Assembly (NCBI GenBank): GCA_944392125.1
Contig: CALXVP010000002.1
Location: 27,207-91,206, forward strand
Source: an uncultured Alphaproteobacteria bacterium
GTDB taxonomy: Bacteria > Pseudomonadota > Alphaproteobacteria > CAAHEQ01 > UBA3637
DNA: 64,000 nucleotides
Direction: 5' to 3'
The notes beneath the pieces were generated by a model. That model was given only the letters and a program-made list of their open reading frames with translations, searched no databases and was not told the origin of the DNA. Position numbers and translations under genes: made by a program. How positions within the stretch are numbered: position 1 is the stretch's first letter; every line of letters starts with the position of its first letter. This document shows, one piece after another, positions 56,887-64,000 of the stretch.

Positions 56887-58689
56887 CTACCCGCCATCTC
56901 GGTTGTTAACAATTCTGTTCGCCGGAAAATGAATAATCAATCGGGTTCCTTTCCCCTCCTCACTTTCCAAACGCACACTCCCTTGATGTAGTATAACCAT
57001 TTTTTTGACTAATACAAGCCCTAATCCCGATCCTTGATGCGCACGCGTTAAAACATTTTCAATTTGTGTGAACGGCTGGAATAATTGCGGGATTTTATCC
57101 GCCGGAATACCGATACCGTCATCCGAAAAAGTAATGGTAGCACCCGTTGCATCACGCTGAACGGTAATGCCGATATGCCCGCCTGTTTCGGTAAATTTAA
57201 CGGAATTGGAAAGAATATTGAGCGCTATTTGTTTTAACACGCGCTCATCGGCATATAAATTAATATCTTCTTTCATATCAAATGTAAATTTTCTTTCCGA
57301 GGCGTTCGGATATTGCGAAATTAAATCCAACGATTCTTTTAAAACTTGTTTCAAGGATAGAGTTGTTTCCATCAACGTCATTTTCCCCGATTCCAAGCGG
57401 GATAAATCCAATATATCGTTAATCAATGAAAGCAAATGCGTGGCACTTTTCAAAATAAACGAAATATATTCACGATATTCTTTTTGCGCAATCGGACCAA
57501 ATGTTTCCGTTTGCATCATTTGAGCAAAACCCAAAATTGCATTCAACGGCGTGCGCAATTCATGGCTGACATTTGCCAAAAAATTCATTTTGGAGCGATT
57601 GGCCTCTTCTGCCTGATTACGGGCTAAAATCAAATCAGCAACCATTTTATTTGATTCAGCCATCTGTTTTTGCATCACGCGTTTATTTTTTTCCAACACC
57701 AGAATTTGATGTTCCAACTGTGTCTGCATGCGTTGCAACTCGCGTGCATTTTTTTGACGAATGCGATCCGCTCGCAAATAAAGGCAAATTTCGTTAATCA
57801 ACCGCGTTAATTGGCGCACAACCGATTCCGAAAAGAAAAATGGGTCATAGCTATATAAACTAATGACCCCTTCAACAACTTTGTTAACAATGACGGGAAA
57901 AGAATACGTAGCTACCCGAATATCTAAATCCTTTTCGTTTTTCAGATATTTTTGATAAAACGGGTTAGATGTAATATCCGCCGATCCAACCGGCTTTCGC
58001 TGACGCATTGCTTGATAAGCAACTGATTCTTTAATTGTTTCATCAAACGGCACATGCTCAAACCGATACGGAAAATCGGGCTGATTGCCGACGGCAAACA
58101 CATTTACCAACTCTTCCGAACGGCATGTAAAATAAAGACCGATTTTTAATTGATATTGTGCAACGATTTCTTCTAACAACCTATAAAAAATAGATTGTTT
58201 ATCCGTTTCTTGTTCATCAGATTCGCGCAACAATTCAAATAAGCGCATAGATGTTTCTTCATAATGCGTTAACTCATCTTTTTCTATTAAATTCGTTGTA
58301 TCTTGGAAAACCCAACAAACACCGGCGGACTTATTTTTAATATTCACCCAAAACGCCATAATCCTAAACAAGCGATGATTTTCTTGATGCGGAAACAATG
58401 ATTTTTGCGTTAAAAAACAGCAACATTTTGATTCATTCAATGCTGTTTGCGTCATTTCAAAGTCTAAAATCAATTTAGGATTACTTTTAAAAACAGTAGA
58501 TAACCTGCGTCCGCATATCGCTGATATTTTTCGTTTTAAATAAACACTCATTTGGTGATTGACAAATTGAATCTCATCCCCCAATGTAAACATAATTCCC
58601 ACATTCATCTGATTAAATGCTCGGCAACACGGAATCCGTCGCCAAGAATCGTGCGCAAAAAAGCGCGTAAATTCAGCCATTCTACTCAT
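56887..58689 (-). CDS. Cytoplasmic PAS/GAF-type sensor histidine kinase
   Basis: No TM segment. H-box FLANVSHELRTPLNAILGF, N box LSNSVKFT and G boxes DDGIGI, GSGLGLVLV. Confidence 0.8.
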   Translation of the reverse strand: MSRMAEFTRFFAHDSWRRIPCCRAFNQMNVGIMFTLGDEIQFVNHQMSVYLKRKISAICGRRLSTVFKSNPKLILDFEMTQTALNESKCCCFLTQKSLFPHQENHRLFRIMAFWVNIKNKSAGVCWVFQDTTNLIEKDELTHYEETSMRLFELLRESDEQETDKQSIFYRLLEEIVAQYQLKIGLYFTCRSEELVNVFAVGNQPDFPYRFEHVPFDETIKESVAYQAMRQRKPVGSADITSNPFYQKYLKNEKDLDIRVATYSFPVIVNKVVEGVISLYSYDPFFFSESVVRQLTRLINEICLYLRADRIRQKNARELQRMQTQLEHQILVLEKNKRVMQKQMAESNKMVADLILARNQAEEANRSKMNFLANVSHELRTPLNAILGFAQMMQTETFGPIAQKEYREYISFILKSATHLLSLINDILDLSRLESGKMTLMETTLSLKQVLKESLDLISQYPNASERKFTFDMKEDINLYADERVLKQIALNILSNSVKFTETGGHIGITVQRDATGATITFSDDGIGIPADKIPQLFQPFTQIENVLTRAHQGSGLGLVLVKKMVILHQGSVRLESEEGKGTRLIIHFPANRIVNNRDGG

Positions 58690-58879
58690 AAATTATTATC
58701 CTTTTTCAATATGGATAAGAAATATATAAGATTTTATTTTGAATGACACAACTCTTCTTTTGTCAGCCTTTCCAATCAAAACAAGCGCGGGGATTTTTGA
58801 TAAAAATAAGAAAAAAGTTAAAATATCGGCTTGATTTTTGTAAATTATCTGGTATATTATAAATAATTATTCAAAAGGA

Positions 58880-59353
58880 ATGAAAATGAAGAAATTTATA
58901 ATTTTTACGGGAATAATTGCCTTTATTGGTATCGGTATCTTTGCCGCAACTCGTTATGCAGAAAATTATAAACTTTCTGCACAAGAGGCGTATACGGATC
59001 GTTTTATGAAAAATAAGTTTGCACCTTTTGTAGCCACATGGGATGTTGAATCCGTTCCTTTGTTGTTTATTGAAAATGCCGAAGTAAATAACATTGCAAA
59101 ATTATTGAACCAAATAAAAGAATCTGTCGGCATTTGCAAAATGCGTGAAATTAAGAGTTGCCAATCACAAGAACGTGTTAGTAAATTAAAATCTGATATG
59201 TATTTTTCAGAAAGAGGTTATTCTGTGAGATGTCAATTTAGCATGTCTTGCGAGAAGGAAGAAAATGTGACTGGTGAAACCGTTTTCTTACCCGATAAAC
59301 ATAAAACAAAATTATTTTCATTTACGATTACTTACGGCGAAGAAGAGGAATAG
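58880..59353 (+). CDS. Membrane-anchored hypothetical protein (157 aa)
   Basis: RBS AAAGGA; N-terminal TM/signal anchor MKMKKFIIFTGIIAFIGIGIFAA; four Cys in the soluble part. Confidence 0.5.
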   Translation: MKMKKFIIFTGIIAFIGIGIFAATRYAENYKLSAQEAYTDRFMKNKFAPFVATWDVESVPLLFIENAEVNNIAKLLNQIKESVGICKMREIKSCQSQERVSKLKSDMYFSERGYSVRCQFSMSCEKEENVTGETVFLPDKHKTKLFSFTITYGEEEE

Positions 59354-59396
59354 TCCGAGTAAATATGTTCTCTGATAATCACATAAGATAAAATTT

Positions 59397-59424
59397 AAAA
59401 CCCTCCGGCAATACGGAGGGTTTT
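59397..59424. terminator. Bidirectional intrinsic terminator between the 157-aa gene and parB
   Basis: AAAACCCTCCG-gcaata-CGGAGGGTTTT, a perfect stem with A and T arms. Confidence 0.8.
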
Positions 59425-59442
59425 AAAATCGGCAAATTCATA

Positions 59443-60321
59443 TTAACAAATAGCTCCACCTGTGCTGAGGCGTTGTAAAACGGCATCTAAATAGTCCGTT
59501 GAGGCGCAATCAATCATCACGCGTCCGCTTGTGCCGTTCCATTGGATAGACACTTTTGTTTTTAAAACAGCAGATAATTGATTTTCCAAGGCTGAAATAT
59601 CTTCGTCTTTTTGATTTTTTTGAGGCTTTGGTTTTGTGCTTTGCGCGGCTAACTTTTCTGTTTGGCGCACGTTTAATCCTTTTCGCACCACTTCGCGCGC
59701 TAACTCCACCGGTTTAGACGCTGTCAGCAGTGCCCGCGCATGCCCGGCTGACAGCTCTTTTTTTTCAACCAGATTTTTAATTTCTTCGGGCAAGTCTAGT
59801 AAGCGCATCATATTTGCCAAATGACTGCGACTTTTTCCCACAACCCGTGATAATTCTTCTTGCGTATAATGAAATTCATTCACGAGTCGTTTATATGCTT
59901 CTGCTTCTTCTAAAGGATTTAAGTCTTCACGTTGCAAGTTTTCAATAATGGCAACTTCCAACGCTTCTTTATCCGTCAAATCTTTAATTAAAACGGGAAC
60001 AGCCGTTAATCCCGCCATTTTGGAGGCACGAAACCGTCGCTCCCCCGCAATAATTTCAAACATACCCGTTTTGGTGGGATGTTTACGCACTAATAACGGT
60101 TGCAACACACCCTTTTCTTTAATAGAGACCACTAAATCAGCCAAAGACTCTGTGCTAAAAACGCGTCTGGGTTGATACGTGCCGGCTTCTAAGTCGGCAA
60201 TACTCTTCATTAAAACCGTATTATGCGGTGCATTTGTGCGCGTTTCCGCCCGAACAGGCATTTCATCATCATCACCCATTAAAGCGCTCAGTCCGCGCCC
60301 TAACCCCATTGATCTATCCAT
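59443..60321 (-). CDS. parB: Chromosome partitioning protein ParB
   Basis: GLGRGLSALMG, the ParB box GERRFRASKMAG and an HTH region. Confidence 0.9.
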   Translation of the reverse strand: MDRSMGLGRGLSALMGDDDEMPVRAETRTNAPHNTVLMKSIADLEAGTYQPRRVFSTESLADLVVSIKEKGVLQPLLVRKHPTKTGMFEIIAGERRFRASKMAGLTAVPVLIKDLTDKEALEVAIIENLQREDLNPLEEAEAYKRLVNEFHYTQEELSRVVGKSRSHLANMMRLLDLPEEIKNLVEKKELSAGHARALLTASKPVELAREVVRKGLNVRQTEKLAAQSTKPKPQKNQKDEDISALENQLSAVLKTKVSIQWNGTSGRVMIDCASTDYLDAVLQRLSTGGAIC

Positions 60322-61099
60322 TTGCCAATAACTCCTTTTCTCTGTTTAAAACTTCCGCTGCCAGTCGGATATAACTTTTAGCCCCCACACTGCGCATATC
60401 GTAAATCATCACCGGTTTACCGTGCGAGGGCGCTTCCGGAATCCGCACATTTCGCGGAATCAACGTATCATATACTTGATCCTTAAAAAACTCTTTTACA
60501 TCGCTGACGATGGATTTAGATAGATTGGAACGCCCGTCAAACATGGTTAAAACAATGCCGTGTAATTGCAAACTCGGGTTAAAATTCTTTTTGACTTTTT
60601 GAATTGTTTTCATCAAATCAGCAACCCCCTCCAACGCTAAATATTCGCACTGAACGGGAATAATAACGTAATCCGAAGCCACCAATGCGTTCATTGTTAA
60701 TAATCCGACGGCCGGCGGGCAATCAACAAACACATAATCAAATGAATCCAAGTCTTTCAGGGCGGTTTTCAAATAAAATTGCGGAGCCCCCGTCGAAGCT
60801 AATTCCAAATCAACACCCAATAATTCTTTACTGGCGGGTAAAATATAAAGATACGGAATATCCGTTTCGCGCACGGCATCCATCACGTTATCGGAACCCA
60901 TCAACACCGTATAAGAGTTTTGTGCCCCTTTTGTGCGTTTTGCGCCCACGCTGACGGTTGCATTTCCCTGCGGATCCAAATCAATAATCAGCACTCGTTT
61001 TTCCATTGCGGCAAGTGCCGTGGCTAAATTGACGGTTGTTGTTGTTTTACCGACTCCCCCTTTTTGATTTGAAACAGAAAAAATACGCGGTTTTGTCAT
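60314..61099 (-). CDS. parA: Chromosome partitioning ATPase ParA
   Basis: Deviant Walker A NQKGGVGKTTT and DLDPQGNAT. Confidence 0.9.
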   Translation of the reverse strand: MTKPRIFSVSNQKGGVGKTTTTVNLATALAAMEKRVLIIDLDPQGNATVSVGAKRTKGAQNSYTVLMGSDNVMDAVRETDIPYLYILPASKELLGVDLELASTGAPQFYLKTALKDLDSFDYVFVDCPPAVGLLTMNALVASDYVIIPVQCEYLALEGVADLMKTIQKVKKNFNPSLQLHGIVLTMFDGRSNLSKSIVSDVKEFFKDQVYDTLIPRNVRIPEAPSHGKPVMIYDMRSVGAKSYIRLAAEVLNREKELLANG

Positions 61100-61696
61100 T
61101 TAATTTTCCTCCGTAATACAAACAATTTTTCCCTTTTTATCTGTTTGAGACGGATACATTTGCACCCGATAATACGGTGATAAGGCCTGCAATTCCGCTT
61201 CAACAGACTCCCCTTTTAAAAATAACATAACACTATCTTGTTTTAAAAACGGTTGTGCATAGCAAACCAAATCTTTGAGTGATGCCAGCGCGCGCGATGT
61301 AATCACGTCTGCGTGAATATCGCGAACCCGTTCAATCCGTTCATTTAAAACATGCACTTTCAGATTTAATTCGCGCGCAACTTCCGTTAAAAAAACACAT
61401 TTTTTGCTATCACTTTCTATCAAGTAAATTTCTTCCAACGGCCCGTTATTTTCTTTATTTAAAACCGCCAACACAAGCCCTGGGAATCCCCCGCCCGAGC
61501 CTAAATCAACCAGCACTTTTGCCGTATTTGGAAGGTATGGATATAATTGTGCCGAATCAAGAATATGCCGTTGCCAAATATCCGTTAAACTACCGGCGGA
61601 AACCAAATTCACGGCCTTTTGCCATTTTTGAATCAGTTGCTCATATTTTTTTAAAGAGGCAACGGCTCCTTGAGTGATAAAATGACCCTGTTCCAT
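61100..61696 (-). CDS. rsmG: 16S rRNA (guanine527-N7)-methyltransferase RsmG (GidB)
   Basis: DLGSGGGFPGLVLA SAM motif; directly abuts parA. The start is set at the internal ATG at 61696; the track ORF runs to 61777. Confidence 0.85.
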   Translation of the reverse strand: MEQGHFITQGAVASLKKYEQLIQKWQKAVNLVSAGSLTDIWQRHILDSAQLYPYLPNTAKVLVDLGSGGGFPGLVLAVLNKENNGPLEEIYLIESDSKKCVFLTEVARELNLKVHVLNERIERVRDIHADVITSRALASLKDLVCYAQPFLKQDSVMLFLKGESVEAELQALSPYYRVQMYPSQTDKKGKIVCITEEN

Positions 61697-61837
61697 GTGA
61701 AACACTTTTGCTATCCCTTTTTTGATTTTTGTGATTAACAAAACATTAACTTTTTTTATCAAAGAATGCAAGCACAATTTTAGAAAAAATCTGTTTCACG
61801 GGAAACAAAAAACAGAAAAAATCAAGAAAACAAGCGG

Positions 61838-62293
61838 TTAATCAAAAATAAATTTTACGGTATTTGTTTGCTCGCAAGCAGTTGATTCACGATTGTTAAT
61901 TAAAATACTTTTCGCATTGGAAAAAGCGTTGGTAAAGCGATAACAAGTTGATTGGTCCAGATTCTTCAATTCAATAAAAAACGCATTACTCTGAACGGGA
62001 CCGATATTCCATTCCAACGGAGCTAAATTGATTTGTGTGGACGCACGCGAAAGCCCGGTATAACGCCCGAATCTGCTTGTTTGAATCTCAACAATCATCA
62101 TATTCATTTTATTCATCAGTTCATTTTGTTGCATCATACTTAAAGCCGTTTTCACCTGCCCTGCCGACTGTGCCGACATTTGCCCTTGAATGGCTAAATT
62201 AGACATTACATCAATCAACTGCGCCTGCGCAACAGGAGCGCTCAACAACGGTATGACCGCTCCCAAAGCAATCCCAAATAACAAAAATTTCAT
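61838..62293 (-). CDS. Small secreted two-Cys protein (about 151 aa), hypothetical
   Basis: Signal peptide MKFLLFGIALGAVIPLLSAPVAQA. The ATG overlaps the dnaQ stop (ATGA). Confidence 0.55.
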   Translation of the reverse strand: MKFLLFGIALGAVIPLLSAPVAQAQLIDVMSNLAIQGQMSAQSAGQVKTALSMMQQNELMNKMNMMIVEIQTSRFGRYTGLSRASTQINLAPLEWNIGPVQSNAFFIELKNLDQSTCYRFTNAFSNAKSILINNRESTACEQTNTVKFIFD

Positions 62294-62979
62294 TCTATCC
62301 CCCACAAATTGTTTTTAATTTTCTTTACAAATTCAGTATGTTGATTAAGTTCCTCTTCCGGCACGTCAAACGTTCTCGGCGCATGAAATTCTTTAGGCGA
62401 TGCCTCTTGTAACGCACCTTGCGCTTGTGTTTCCGGTATCAATTTTTTATCCAAAAAACCGGGTTCGCGCCCACCCAATAATTCTAAATAAACATCGGCC
62501 AACAATTCACTGTCCAGCAAAGCACCGTGTACCGTTCGCGCAGAATTATCAACATTAAACCGTTTACATAATTCGTTTAAATTAACACGAGCGCCCGGAA
62601 ATTTTTGCCGAGCAATCAATAAGGTATCTATCACGCGATCATACGAAAGCGGTTCATACCCAATCCAAGACAACTCGGCATTGATAAATTTCATATCAAA
62701 TGAGGCGTTATGCGCAACCAGTTTTGAATCTTCACCGATAAACGCTAAAAAATCGTCGGCAATCTCCTTAAACGTCGGCTTATCGGCCAAAAAAGCATCC
62801 GTTAAACCGTGCACGGCAATCACTTCTGCGCTCATCGCCCGCTCAGGATTGATATATTGATGATATTTACGCCCCGTCGGCACATGATTTACCAGCTCAA
62901 CGGCGCCGATTTCAACCACACGATCACCTTGAAACGGGTCTAAACCCGTTGTTTCGGTATCAAAAACAATTTCTCTCAT
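62290..62979 (-). CDS. dnaQ: DNA polymerase III subunit epsilon (3'-5' exonuclease)
   Basis: Exo I FDTETTGLDP, Exo II LVAHNASFD and Exo III HGALLDSELLADVY. Confidence 0.9.
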   Translation of the reverse strand: MREIVFDTETTGLDPFQGDRVVEIGAVELVNHVPTGRKYHQYINPERAMSAEVIAVHGLTDAFLADKPTFKEIADDFLAFIGEDSKLVAHNASFDMKFINAELSWIGYEPLSYDRVIDTLLIARQKFPGARVNLNELCKRFNVDNSARTVHGALLDSELLADVYLELLGGREPGFLDKKLIPETQAQGALQEASPKEFHAPRTFDVPEEELNQHTEFVKKIKNNLWGIE

Positions 62980-63152
62980 TTTTCACCTATCCTTTGGGCG
63001 AAATTATACCCGACTCTGCATAAAAGCGCAAGCAAAAAGCGCTCGGCGACTCGGATAAACACGGATTATTTTCTGAATTAAAACACATATTCCGAAAATT
63101 ATTTACCCATGGCTCTTAAAATAAGACGATATCGAGGGGCAAAATCACTGAT

Positions 63153-63433
63153 TGTGGATAACTTTATTTTATGTGGATAACTCGGGAAAAACGCACAAAC
63201 GGAGAAATCCATCATCAAATTATGCACACATATAAAATTTTTATCCTACGACAAAATGCGACATAACCGCCGTTTCGGCCGAATCGCGTGTTGCAAAAAA
63301 AGAATGAAAAATAAACGAGTCGTGCTTATTCAAAAATCGTGTCAAGAAAAATAAAATTTTTTTATCCACATTATGCACAGGGTCTACCATAACAATTATT
63401 TTTTTTATTTAACAAAAAAGGATTTGGGGATAA
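63153..63433. promoter_or_regulatory. DnaA-box cluster (candidate oriC core)
   Basis: Perfect TGTGGATAA at 63153-63161 and 63172-63180; perfect TTATCCACA at 63362-63370; one-mismatch boxes at 63220-63228 and 63371-63379 (TTATGCACA) and at 63425-63433 (TGGGGATAA). An AT-rich tract lies at 63391-63420. Confidence 0.55.
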
Positions 63434-63552
63434 AATTTTGAAACCCGTCATGACGCATTTTTTTGCTTGTATTTTTTCAAAAATATGGTATGGTGAACGA
63501 AGTTGAGAAGCGGTGCATCAGGCACTGCAAAAATAATTTACGGGAGTCATTT

Positions 63553-64000
63553 ATGCTGAAACTTTTTAACACCGCCAGCCACACAACAGAAGAATTTAAA
63601 CCTATTCGGGCGGGCGAAGTCCGCTTTTACGCATGCGGGCCGACGATTTATAATTATGCCCATATCGGTAATATGCGGGCGTATATTTTTTATGATTTAA
63701 TGAACAGATATTTGCGTTATAAGGGCTATAAGGTAACCTTTGCGATGAACCTAACGGATGTGGATGATAAAACCATTCGCGATTCACGGGCGGCAGGGAA
63801 ATCACTCAGAGAATTTACCGATTTTTATGCCAAAGCGTTTTTTGAAGATTGCGCAAAACTGCATATTAAACGCCCCGATTACGTGATTCGCGCAACGGAT
63901 GAAATTGATTCAATGATTGAATTAATTACGTTATTGTTGGAAAAAGGGCATGCTTACAAAGCCAAGTCCGGCGATATCTTCTTTAAAATTTCTTCTTTTA
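63553..64000 (+). CDS. cysS: Cysteine--tRNA ligase, N-terminal part (runs off the right edge of the window)
   Basis: RBS GGGAG. MLKLFNTASHTTEEFKPIRAGEVRFYACGPTIYNYAHIGNMRAY...DVDDKTI is the class I HIGH region typical of CysRS. No stop occurs before the window ends. Confidence 0.9.
   Translation, partial: MLKLFNTASHTTEEFKPIRAGEVRFYACGPTIYNYAHIGNMRAYIFYDLMNRYLRYKGYKVTFAMNLTDVDDKTIRDSRAAGKSLREFTDFYAKAFFEDCAKLHIKRPDYVIRATDEIDSMIELITLLLEKGHAYKAKSGDIFFKISSF

Overview
The window looks like a chromosomal segment of a moderately AT-rich alphaproteobacterium. That placement is an inference from a near-canonical CtrA response regulator, a ChpT-like phosphotransferase nearby, parB-parA-rsmG, gatCAB and a pair of M16 peptidases. 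I can support about 55 protein genes, 3 tRNAs (Ser-CGA, Tyr-GTA, Gly-TCC), several intrinsic terminators and one near-consensus sigma70 promoter. Most content is housekeeping: phoB, rpe, fba, ctrA, ileS, mutS, rsmE, rnhB, miaA, lptE, holA, thrS, gatCAB, tuf, parAB, rsmG, dnaQ and a cysS 5' end. I see no transposase, integrase, phage genes or CRISPR array.

The parts housekeeping does not explain, in my order of interest:
1. A 989-aa protein (43486-46455) with a prepilin-type N-terminus followed by about ten tandem six-cysteine (C..CxxC..CxxC..C) modules.
2. A dense cluster of consensus DnaA boxes next to an AT-rich tract between dnaQ and cysS, a candidate oriC.
3. A C-depleted, GGA-rich array with a 12-nt period in the non-coding gap downstream of ctrA.
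4. TTAA-N7-TTAA (CtrA-type) boxes upstream of ctrA and upstream of a membrane coiled-coil gene that is fused head-to-tail with a mazEF module.
5. A dUTPase homologue with degenerate catalytic motifs, translationally coupled to an SH3-like gene.
6. An RsbW-like/REC/PP2C fusion protein.
7. A small HNH-nuclease insertion between thrS and gatB.

All family assignments come from reading motifs by eye; no database search was possible.
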